Source: a virus | Lineage: Duplodnaviria; Caudoviricetes | Length of the DNA: 29,800 bases | IMG/VR virus record: IMGVR_UViG_3300010220_000080 | Span: 1 to 29,800 of that record | Strand: one strand, 5' to 3' | Shown: piece after piece, positions 9,564-17,282 of the stretch | Layout of the letters: the number at the start of each line of letters is the position of its first letter | Position numbering within the stretch: position 1 is the stretch's first letter | Translations under genes and position numbers: made by a program | Notes under the pieces: model-generated | What the model was told of the DNA's origin: nothing | The model's database searches: none | The model's input: only the letters and a program-made list of their open reading frames with translations

Positions 9564-9863
9564 TCCCGACGGTTCTGATGTTTCCACGGACCGTCCCGAG
9601 CCCTGCCGCCCGTTCCCGATCCGTCTGGTTAGGGTGGGTGGGTTGGGTGAGGTGATCCCGGCCCATCCCCGTATGTGTCATCACACACGCATCATGCGTG
9701 GCGTCGTGTCGGCACGATGGCTGTGCCACGTCACCGACACTTCTGGTGACAAACATTGTTCCCGGCGGGGAGCACCTCACCAAACCCACCCAACCTAACC
9801 GGGCAATCCGGGACTGGACGTCACGCATTGGCAGCCCTCCGGAACGGATCAGAACCGTCGGGA
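9564..9863. repeat. Nested concentric inverted repeats, putative replication origin
   Basis: Perfect 16-bp IR TCCCGACGGTTCTGAT (9564-9579 / 9848-9863) and a 30/33 IR (9627-9659 / 9768-9800). Both are centred on 9713.5 and lie at the primase 3' end. Confidence 0.8.
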
Positions 9864-12451
9864 GCGTCGGCGTTCACGATGTCCAGTTGCCAGCGCGCGC
9901 GGTTGCCGGTGGTGCCTGCCGCGATGATGCGGTGGCCCGCGACCACCCTGTTCTGATGCTGCGACAGCCACTTGCCGAGCCGCGTGCCGTTGATCGCGCC
10001 GCCTTCGCCTGCGACGCGGAGCAGGGCCTCGCGGAACTCAGGGTTCACGTATTCCGCCTTGCCGAACAGCTGGGTCTGCTGCGCGGCGGCCCGCTCGATG
10101 ATCTCGCGCACCGTCACGCGGTCGGTGCCGATCACCGATCGCCATTCCTCCAGCGCCGCTGTCAACGCCTCGAGCTTTGGGTCCGCGCCGCGCATGCCCT
10201 CCATCGTCTCGCAGGGGTCGGCCTCGCCCAGCCAGATCAGCGCGTCGCGCACCCACCCCGACCAGGCGGTGAAGGAGCCGAGCGGCACGGTTTGCGACGG
10301 ACGCCCCGCGATGTGGAAGGCGCGCAGGATGGTGAGCCCGGCCGCGACATAGTCGCCGCGCTGCGCCGCCACGAGGACGAGGGGATCGCGGTCGAAGGCG
10401 CGCAGTTCGGGCCGCTCGACGCCTGCATCCAGCGTGGCGCGTATGGCGCGGCGGGTCATGTCGCCCACGAAGGTCAGGTTGTTGCCGGTGGCGAACATCG
10501 TCGCGTTGCTCGGCACCTCGGCATTGAGCGACGTGCCGAGGATGCGGACCTTGAGGCTGGTCTGGGTCATCGCCTGGCACAGGAGTTCGCCGCCCAGCGG
10601 TTCCTCGCAGTTGTCGATGGCGATCATCGCGTCGCCTGCGATCAGGGCCGCGCCCAGCCGTTTCTCCATCTCCTCCTCGGTCTTGCCCTGTGCGATCACC
10701 GGGGCGGGGCGGGTGGTGACGATCATACTGGCGATATCGACCAGCATGGATTTGCCCGTCCCCGCTGTGGGCGCGTTGAAGCCGTGCAAGGGTGCTGTCG
10801 GCAGCGAGCGGCGGATCAGCGTGGTCAGGATGGCCGACAGCGCCACGGAGCGGTCGGCGGGTGTCACGAAGGGAAAGCTGCCGATCAGGTCGCGCAGGAA
10901 GGCCAGCGCGCGCAGGGCGGTGTCGCGGTCGGGCTCGCGCGGCAGCAGGGGGAAGCGGTCGCCCTGCGGGTCGAACAGCAGGCCGGTTTGCGCATCATAG
11001 CCCGACTGGTCGAGGATCGAGCCATCCTCGCGCAGGGTGGGGGCGTTGATGATCCCGGTCAGGACCGGCAGGCGCCACTGGCCCTCGCGCGCCAGATAGG
11101 TTTCCGCCAGCCGCTGCGGGCAATCGGTGGGGATCCATTCCCCGGCGCGCATGTCGTAGCGTTCCCAATCGGCGGCCTTGGTGAAGGCCTCGGCCATGTG
11201 GTGTGCCCGCACGTGGATCAGGCGCGGCGCGTCGATTTGCCTGCCGCCCGAGATCGCCACCGGCACCATGGCCGGGCGCACGACGATGCTGCCGCGCTGG
11301 TAAAGGCCCAGACCGGCCCCGAGCAGCGCCACTTCTGCCTTGTCGATGGTCTCGGGCATCTGGCCTGCGCGGATGCGGATCAGGGGGCGGTTGCCTTCGG
11401 CTGTGGTATCGTCGTCAGTATCCCGGTTGACGCGACTGGCACGCACCCGGCGCGGCGTCTCCGCCCGCCAGCCGTTCTGCCGTGCCAGCCAGAACAGGGT
11501 GCCGACCGTGACGTTGCGGACGCTGGCGAAGCTGTCCCACTTCGCGGCGGTATGGGCGGGATCGTTCTTGGCCGCCTCGGCCGACCAGGCCTCCCACAGC
11601 GCGCGGCCATCGGGGCCAAGCGCGGCGTAAATGGCGAGACCCACCTTGATCCAGTCGTCATAGGGCAGATCGTTGTTCGGGATATGCGCGATGGCCTCGG
11701 CGATCAGGTCGTGCGACGGGGCTTCCCTCGGCTTGAGGCCCGCGAGTTTGCGCCCCTCGCGGTCGATGTCGCGCCGCTCGCTGGTGGTCTGGCCGCCCGA
11801 CTTGCGCAAGGCATCCTCGGCGGCAGCGATGAAGGCGGCGCAGGTGTCGCGGCTGACCACGGGCAGGTCGGACAGCGGCATGTCCAGCGGCGAGCGGTCC
11901 GGCCAATGATAGGGCGCCTTCGTGCCCGGGTGGATGCCGAAGGCCACGAACTGCTGCCCGGTTGCCAGCACCTCGACGCGCGCCACGGTGCCATCCAGCA
12001 TCTGGAATTCGCTGGTCTGGACCTTGTCGAAGGAGGCCGCCGTGCGGAAGACGAGCAGGCATTTCGGGGCCTTGCCGATCCGCAGAAGGGGCGTGGGGCC
12101 GAGCATGTCGATGGCCATGCCGCGCAGCCGGTCGGCAAGGCTCACGTCCAGCACGTCGATATCGACGCCGACCAGATCGCCGCACAGAAGCCCGGTGTTG
12201 GTGCAGTTGCGCTGCGCCCGCGCCCAGCGCGCGATCTCACCCTCGTCGGCACTGGCGCAGACCGTCTCCCAGCCCTTCATCATCGGCCGCTTGCCCGCCG
12301 CCTTCATCGCCACATGCGCGCCCAGCACCGGCACCGGGCGATAGCCGTTGCGGTGCAGCGCCAGGCGCAGGTCGGTCGGATCCTCGGGAAGTGCGATGGG
12401 GAACGCGTTGCCTGCTTTGATGGCCGGGGGAATGGGATCCTGCACTGTCAT
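9821..12451 (-). CDS. Bifunctional primase-polymerase + PriCT-2 + P-loop helicase replication protein (876 aa)
   Basis: Prim-pol motifs (NTGLLCG, GVDID, RIGKAPK, GQQFVAFGIHP), PriCT-2 (YDDWIKVGLA...KWDSF...GTLFWLA), Walker A APTAGTGKS, Walker B IAIDN. Confidence 0.9.
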   Translation of the reverse strand: MTVQDPIPPAIKAGNAFPIALPEDPTDLRLALHRNGYRPVPVLGAHVAMKAAGKRPMMKGWETVCASADEGEIARWARAQRNCTNTGLLCGDLVGVDIDVLDVSLADRLRGMAIDMLGPTPLLRIGKAPKCLLVFRTAASFDKVQTSEFQMLDGTVARVEVLATGQQFVAFGIHPGTKAPYHWPDRSPLDMPLSDLPVVSRDTCAAFIAAAEDALRKSGGQTTSERRDIDREGRKLAGLKPREAPSHDLIAEAIAHIPNNDLPYDDWIKVGLAIYAALGPDGRALWEAWSAEAAKNDPAHTAAKWDSFASVRNVTVGTLFWLARQNGWRAETPRRVRASRVNRDTDDDTTAEGNRPLIRIRAGQMPETIDKAEVALLGAGLGLYQRGSIVVRPAMVPVAISGGRQIDAPRLIHVRAHHMAEAFTKAADWERYDMRAGEWIPTDCPQRLAETYLAREGQWRLPVLTGIINAPTLREDGSILDQSGYDAQTGLLFDPQGDRFPLLPREPDRDTALRALAFLRDLIGSFPFVTPADRSVALSAILTTLIRRSLPTAPLHGFNAPTAGTGKSMLVDIASMIVTTRPAPVIAQGKTEEEMEKRLGAALIAGDAMIAIDNCEEPLGGELLCQAMTQTSLKVRILGTSLNAEVPSNATMFATGNNLTFVGDMTRRAIRATLDAGVERPELRAFDRDPLVLVAAQRGDYVAAGLTILRAFHIAGRPSQTVPLGSFTAWSGWVRDALIWLGEADPCETMEGMRGADPKLEALTAALEEWRSVIGTDRVTVREIIERAAAQQTQLFGKAEYVNPEFREALLRVAGEGGAINGTRLGKWLSQHQNRVVAGHRIIAAGTTGNRARWQLDIVNADAPDGSDPFRRAANA

Positions 12452-12915
12452 TGCCGCGGCACCTTCACGCTGCAGAGCAGGATCGGCATGTCGGCGCGGA
12501 CCTCCTGCACGAGCCTCGTCCAGGCGATCTCCTGCTCGGGCCGGGTCTCGATGATCAGCCCGTTGTGACCGGCGGCGGCCAGGAGGGCGATGCTGGAATA
12601 GGCCTCGGGCGGCGGTTCGCAGCAGACGATGGCGACGCCGTCGATCTGGCCGATCAGCCGTTTCAGCGCGGCGCGGTCGTATTGGTCGGGGCCAAGCGCG
12701 CTGTCCATGTCGTCGCCCACGAGCACGATGAAGGGCCGCGCCAAGAGGTCGATGCCGCGATCAAGGCCAGTCGCGCGCTGCGGGACGACGAGAAAGCCCA
12801 CCCCGCAATCGCGGACCACCTGAACCAGGGGCAGAAGATGCGGCGCCTGCGCCGAGACGGCGGTCTCCATGCGGTCCAGCATGGCCGAGGACAGGCGGGA
12901 GTAATCAGTCAGCAT
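12448..12915 (-). CDS. Hypothetical protein of the satellite early operon (155 aa)
   Basis: Overlaps both neighbours on the same strand and has normal protein composition. Confidence 0.7.
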   Translation of the reverse strand: MLTDYSRLSSAMLDRMETAVSAQAPHLLPLVQVVRDCGVGFLVVPQRATGLDRGIDLLARPFIVLVGDDMDSALGPDQYDRAALKRLIGQIDGVAIVCCEPPPEAYSSIALLAAAGHNGLIIETRPEQEIAWTRLVQEVRADMPILLCSVKVPRQ

Positions 12916-13159
12916 TTGTGAAGCCCTCCTGCGCCTCGATCCAGTCGATGAGCCGGGATTTCCGGGCGCAGATCACGTTGCCCATGCGGAAGGTCGGCAT
13001 CCGCACCTTGGCCTCGCCCGCGTAGTAATAGACCTTCCGGCGTGCGCTCGCGTTGCCGAAAACAAAGACCGCGATGGCATCCGCGCCGCGCAACAGATCG
13101 TCGGCCAGCGTCGGGCATGCCTTCTCCGTGGCGGGTCCAGCCCGCAATTGATGTTCCAT
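12905..13159 (-). CDS. AlpA/excisionase-like small DNA-binding protein
   Basis: DLLRGADAIAVFVFG...MPTFRMGNVICARKSRLIDWI pattern. Located between the integrase-proximal regulator and the primase. Confidence 0.75.
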   Translation of the reverse strand: MEHQLRAGPATEKACPTLADDLLRGADAIAVFVFGNASARRKVYYYAGEAKVRMPTFRMGNVICARKSRLIDWIEAQEGFTNAD

Positions 13160-13185
13160 GATGGCCTCCGATGGGTCTGGTGGGG

Positions 13186-13623
13186 TCAGTCGATGCCGAG
13201 CGACGCCCGCACCCGCTGTTCGATCTGGTGGATGTTCACCGCCGCGAAGGCCCGCACCTGCGGATCGCCCGCGATGCGGCCGAGGTCGGCGGCCTCGATG
13301 ATGTCGCCCGCGGTGAGGTCGATCTCGTCGCCCGAATTGCCCGCCTGCCGCATGATGCTGGTGATGACGAACAGGCTGCCGCGCCCGGCACGGAACCGAA
13401 GCTGCGTCGTGTGCATCGAGACGGTGGTGGGGGCGAGCCCGAGGCGGTTGAACTCGGCCAGCGCCGCCAGCACCACGGCATCATCCGCCGTGAACTTGCG
13501 CGCCTTGCCATTCTCGACCGGATTTTCCGGGGTGAAGTGCCCGCGCGAGATCCACGCCTCGACCTGGTAGCGGGTCAGACGGGCGGCATCCGCGATCTGC
13601 TGGATGGTGAAGTCAGGGGTCAT
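13186..13623 (-). CDS. MerR-like HTH transcriptional regulator
   Basis: FTIQQIADAARLTRYQVEAWISRG...GKARKFTADD...LGL is a MerR-type HTH. Divergent from the integrase. Confidence 0.7.
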   Translation of the reverse strand: MTPDFTIQQIADAARLTRYQVEAWISRGHFTPENPVENGKARKFTADDAVVLAALAEFNRLGLAPTTVSMHTTQLRFRAGRGSLFVITSIMRQAGNSGDEIDLTAGDIIEAADLGRIAGDPQVRAFAAVNIHQIEQRVRASLGID

Positions 13624-13634
13624 GGCGAATACCT

Positions 13635-13683
13635 TTGACAGTTCGTCTGAGCCATGGATAAGTGACCTCCGACATCATGTCAA
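13635..13683. promoter_or_regulatory. Overlapping face-to-face sigma70-type promoters for int and the early operon
   Basis: TTGACA on + (13635-13640) and on - (13683-13678). Minus: TTGACA-17nt-TATCCA. Plus: TTGACA-16/17nt-GATAAG/ATAAGT. Confidence 0.5.
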
Positions 13684-13760
13684 TGGTAATCGCTCGCCTC
13701 GGAATTCGGGCCTTGCCTGTCCCGCCAAGCCGAGCGTGATGACAGATTGGAGGGAACCCC

Positions 13761-14864
13761 ATGGCCACGATCCGCAAACGCACGCTGCCCTCGGGCCTTG
13801 TCCGGTGGCAGGTGGACTTCACCGACCAGGCGGGCAAGCGGCGGTCCAAGCTGTTCCCGCGCCGCAAGGATGCGGATGTGTATCTGGTCAAGGTCCGCTC
13901 GCTGGTGGCCAACCACACCTATCTGGCCGACAGCGACAGCACGACGGTGGCCGATGCCGCAAAGGCTTGGCTCGACCATTGCGAGGTGCGCTGCAAGACA
14001 GGGCGGCGGATGGAGCGGTCCACCCTGCGAGGCTACAGCGACTATGTGCGCCTGCACATCACCGCGCCCGAGATCGGCATCGGGGATAAGCTGATCGCCC
14101 AACTGACCCGCCGCCATGTCAACGAGTTCCGCGACCGGATGCTGCTGAACGGGCGGTCCGAACATCTGACCCGGCGCGCGCTGTCGGTGCTGAAGCTCGC
14201 GCTGGACCACGCCATCGACAATGGCCAGTTGTTCACCAATGCCGCGCAGGGTGTGCGAGTGATCAAGTCCAGCCGGATCGAGCACAAGGCCCCGGTGCCG
14301 ACCAAGGAGGCGATCCGCGCCCTGATCGAGGCGGCCGACGAGGATTTCAAACCGCACCTGATCGTCTCGGCCCTCGGCGGCCTGCGCGCCTCCGAACTGC
14401 GGGGACTGCGCTGGACGGATGTGGATTTCGACAAGGGCTTCATTCACATCCGCCAGCGCGCCGATGCCTACAACCAGATGGGCGAGCCGAAATCGCGGGC
14501 CGGGTTCCGTGACATCCCGGCAGGGCCGATGGTGCTGAACGCCCTGCGCCGCTGGAAACTGCGCTGCCCGAAGAACGCCCTCGATCTGGTCTTCCCCGCG
14601 CCGCAGGGTGGAATCTTGCAGCACACCAAGACACAGGCCCGGTTCCGAAAGTTGCAGGAAAAGGTCGAGGTGACCATGCGCTGGCACGACCTGCGCCACT
14701 TCGCCGTGTCGCTCTGGATCGAGCAGGGCTTCTCGATCAAGGAGGTGATGACCTTCGCGGGCCACTCCTCGATTCAGATGACCATGGAACGCTACGGCCA
14801 CCTGTTCCCCTCGCCCGACCACCAGAAGGCCATGGCCATGGTCGAGGCGAAGCTGCTAGGATAA
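13761..14864 (+). CDS. int: Tyrosine recombinase / phage integrase
   Basis: N-terminal arm-binding region. Catalytic set GLRASE (R), PKS (K), HDLRH, GHSS, RYGH (Y). RBS GGAGGG upstream. Confidence 0.95.
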   Translation: MATIRKRTLPSGLVRWQVDFTDQAGKRRSKLFPRRKDADVYLVKVRSLVANHTYLADSDSTTVADAAKAWLDHCEVRCKTGRRMERSTLRGYSDYVRLHITAPEIGIGDKLIAQLTRRHVNEFRDRMLLNGRSEHLTRRALSVLKLALDHAIDNGQLFTNAAQGVRVIKSSRIEHKAPVPTKEAIRALIEAADEDFKPHLIVSALGGLRASELRGLRWTDVDFDKGFIHIRQRADAYNQMGEPKSRAGFRDIPAGPMVLNALRRWKLRCPKNALDLVFPAPQGGILQHTKTQARFRKLQEKVEVTMRWHDLRHFAVSLWIEQGFSIKEVMTFAGHSSIQMTMERYGHLFPSPDHQKAMAMVEAKLLG

Positions 14865-14890
14865 CCCTCAGAAAAGTATGGGGTATCTAG

Positions 14891-15670
14891 ATGGGCTGCT
14901 TGCCGTCGCATGGCCGGGTGAACTGCACGCGTTGTTTCGGCGATGGTGCGCGCATTGACTTTGACAGAACCCGGCGCACCGCTGAGGACGGCCAATGGCG
15001 GATCACAGCCAATCCGCTTGCGTGGGGAAACAGCGAGCCTGAGATCGTGGTTCTCGGCTTTTCGAAGGGGCCAACGCAAGCAGGAGCATTGGCAACCACC
15101 CCGCATGACCAGATTGCCTACAAGGGCTCAAGGACCGCTGTTGGCAAGATCCTCGCGCATGTTGGTGTGGTAGACCGGCCTGCGGACGGAAATCTCGGCC
15201 GGGCCGTCGACAAGTTGATTGCCGACCCGCGCGGCAGGTTTCATTTCGGTTCGCTGGTCCGATGCACCGTCGAGCGTTATGATGACCAAAGGAAAGCCTG
15301 GCTGGGGTCGGGTGGCGGCATGCTCGACAAGTTCGTGGCGACACCCTTCGGCCAGGAGGTCGCAGCAAACTGCGCCATGGCTTTCCTCGCTGACCTTCCG
15401 GCCAGCACAAAACTGGTGATCATGTTCGGGCTTGGAACCAAGATGAACTATGTCCGAGAAGCGCGCAAACTGATCACAGCAGCTCGGCCCGGCACATGGC
15501 GCACCGTGAATGATGTGGCCTACACCGACGGTCGGGTAACAGTCGTCCATGTTGAGCACTTCGCGTCGCAGGGGGCGTTGATACCGAACTGGCTAGGTGA
15601 GAACAAACATGACCGATCCAAGTTAGGAACCATGGCCCGCGAGGCGGTGCGGATGGCTCTCGCTGTCTGA
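14891..15670 (+). CDS. Hypothetical cargo protein, possibly uracil-DNA-glycosylase-superfamily fold
   Basis: WGNSEPEIVVLGFSKG resembles UDG motif A, VIMFG is the central strand, and HVEHFAS resembles motif B (HPS). Fold call is tentative. Confidence 0.55.
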   Translation: MGCLPSHGRVNCTRCFGDGARIDFDRTRRTAEDGQWRITANPLAWGNSEPEIVVLGFSKGPTQAGALATTPHDQIAYKGSRTAVGKILAHVGVVDRPADGNLGRAVDKLIADPRGRFHFGSLVRCTVERYDDQRKAWLGSGGGMLDKFVATPFGQEVAANCAMAFLADLPASTKLVIMFGLGTKMNYVREARKLITAARPGTWRTVNDVAYTDGRVTVVHVEHFASQGALIPNWLGENKHDRSKLGTMAREAVRMALAV

Positions 15671-15787
15671 TTCCCGTTTCCTCCCAACGGTTTGCGGCTG
15701 TTCCGTGCGACACGACACCGACGTTGCGCGCCTAAAAATCAGCTAACAATTTGAAATCACGAAGTTATTCTGGATGTCTAGGTGGGC

Positions 15788-15832
15788 CTCATAACCTGAA
15801 GGTCGTAGGTTCAAATCCTACTCCCGCAACCA
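15788..15832 (+). tRNA. 3' half of initiator tRNA-Met (CAT), an att core duplication and not an intact gene
   Basis: CTCATAACCTGAAGGTCGTAGGTTCAAATCCTACTCCCGCAACCA contains the anticodon loop, T arm (GTAGG-TTCAAAT-CCTAC) and CCA. The 5' acceptor and D arm are absent upstream. Confidence 0.9.
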
Positions 15833-15849
15833 AAATCCTTCGCGTTTCC

Positions 15850-15889
15850 AAACGCTTAAGCGCCGCCCTCAGGGGCGGCGTTTGCGTTT
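15850..15889 (+). terminator. Terminator-like hairpin downstream of the tRNA fragment
   Basis: CGCCGCCC-TCAG-GGGCGGCG followed by TTTGCGTTT, with outer AAACGC/GCGTTT pairing. Confidence 0.65.
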
Positions 15890-15898
15890 CCAGCACCC

Positions 15899-15918
15899 GT
15901 GGAAGCACTGTGGAAGCA
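15899..15918 (+). repeat. Tandem direct repeat GTGGAAGCA x2 (11-bp period), possible integrase arm-type sites
   Basis: GTGGAAGCA at 15899-15907 and 15910-15918, about 70 bp from the att core. Confidence 0.45.
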
Positions 15919-15935
15919 AGAGGCGCCGAAATCCT

Positions 15936-17282
15936 TCATATCGCTTCGAAAAGCGCGCTGCCGTGATGGTCAGGTGCTTCCTGCGCGCTTTCACGCGCCA
16001 AGCAATCCATAACGAGCTGCCGAAGGGCCTCCCTGTGATCTCGCTGTTTGCCGGCGAGGTCTTGAGTGGCCACGATCAGCGACTCATACGCGCCCCTTGT
16101 CGCGATGGAGTACCGCCGGCGGATCGGATCTGGCGGCAGCTCGCCATGATGGGGATATAGCAGTACGACGTTCGGGCAGTCGTAGAGCCTGCCATATGCC
16201 ATCAGCTGGTACACGTCCGTCTGGCTGACCCCCTGCTTTGGATCGTCGATCCGTGGCGTCATGCGCTTCCACTTCGTGTCGATGATCAGCGCGATCTTCT
16301 CGCCCTGCCGGACGATGAGGTCGGGCCTTGTGCGGAAGCGGCCGGTCTCGCCCTCGTAGAGACAATCCTGATGGCCGCCTTGCGACGACACACGGAAGCC
16401 CGTGCCGGCCAGAGCACGCGACAGGGTCCGTTCGATGTATGCTTCGAACAAGACGTTCATCTCGAAGAGTAGCGCGTGACCGTCGATGGTCCCCGCGCTC
16501 GTCTGCTGGTGCCGGTCCGATAGAAAGAGGCGCGCGAGAGACAGGAGATCCCGCCAACGACGATTGGTGCGGTCCAGGACGATCCGGTCCCAGCGGAGGG
16601 CGTTCGGAGGAACGTCGGCTACGTCGGCGTACACGAAGGTTAGCTCGCGCAGCGCGCGCTGGTTATCCGGAGCACCGGACAGACGCGACAGCTTGCTGAC
16701 CGCCGCCCGCATGACCTGATTCAGGGCTATGTCCGGCGATAGAGCATCGAAACGACATGCGAGCTTTTGTGGCGAGACCGCGAGCGTCGAGAACTGCCGT
16801 GTCACGTCCAGGCGTCCCCGAAGCGAAGGCAAGTCGTCTTCGTGTTCGAGGTAGTGGCGCGGCATCCCTTGGCGGACCGCGTCGATGAGCTTCGCACAGA
16901 ACAGACGGATCAGAAGTTCGAGCACGGTCTCGCGCTGCCAGCCAAGCTGCGTCATCGCGCCGGCTTCGATTGGCAGATCGTAGGTCACCGCAAGCATGTG
17001 GATGAGGCGCTGCCTGAGTACCGCATCCGACACCCCGCTCTCGCCGCCCCCTTCGATTTTTGGGAGAATCTCCAGTTGGCAGTCGGGGGTGGCAATGACG
17101 CCGACGACTCCACGTGCTCGGAGCCCCTTCCGCCCGTGTTCCAGAACACCCTCACCCCCGCGCCCGGAGAAGGTCGACGTCCTCGCAACCGCGGCAAGCC
17201 GATCAGCCTGCGTCTCCGGGATCTCGGTGTCGCCGGACCCGTAGGCGATGCGCTCCCACTCGCGGATCGTGCGGCGGATCAT
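15936..17282 (-). CDS. mcrC: McrC family restriction endonuclease subunit
   Basis: LEILPKI, LRGRLDV, LFEMNVLFEAY, RPDLIV..IIDTKWK, DVYQLMAYG, LLYP. ATGA-coupled to mcrB. Confidence 0.92.
   Translation of the reverse strand: MIRRTIREWERIAYGSGDTEIPETQADRLAAVARTSTFSGRGGEGVLEHGRKGLRARGVVGVIATPDCQLEILPKIEGGGESGVSDAVLRQRLIHMLAVTYDLPIEAGAMTQLGWQRETVLELLIRLFCAKLIDAVRQGMPRHYLEHEDDLPSLRGRLDVTRQFSTLAVSPQKLACRFDALSPDIALNQVMRAAVSKLSRLSGAPDNQRALRELTFVYADVADVPPNALRWDRIVLDRTNRRWRDLLSLARLFLSDRHQQTSAGTIDGHALLFEMNVLFEAYIERTLSRALAGTGFRVSSQGGHQDCLYEGETGRFRTRPDLIVRQGEKIALIIDTKWKRMTPRIDDPKQGVSQTDVYQLMAYGRLYDCPNVVLLYPHHGELPPDPIRRRYSIATRGAYESLIVATQDLAGKQRDHREALRQLVMDCLARESAQEAPDHHGSALFEAI

Larger units (their letters stand above)
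1..15832. mobile_element. Tail-less, capsid-encoding phage-satellite-like island integrated at tRNA-fMet; left end lies outside the window
   Basis: Gene order int / MerR-like / AlpA-like / hypothetical / primase-helicase / ori-like IRs / cos / terS / terL / cargo / portal / protease-capsid / gpW, bounded on the right by a tRNA 3' fragment. No tail or lysis genes between gpW and the next cargo gene. Confidence 0.75.

Noticed and set aside
9486-9587. 34-aa upstream extension of terS
   Set aside because: It runs through the cos-like site; the HTH-like sequence starts at MTKLD (9485).
9698-12568. 956-aa ORF on + strand, and similar long ORFs at 2085-4295, 7304-8920, 27314-28771 and 17114-18490
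   Set aside because: Antisense shadows of clear genes in high-GC DNA, with no recognisable motifs.
15750-15832. Intact tRNA-Met gene
   Set aside because: No 5' acceptor strand or D arm upstream of the anticodon loop; only the 3' 45 nt are present.
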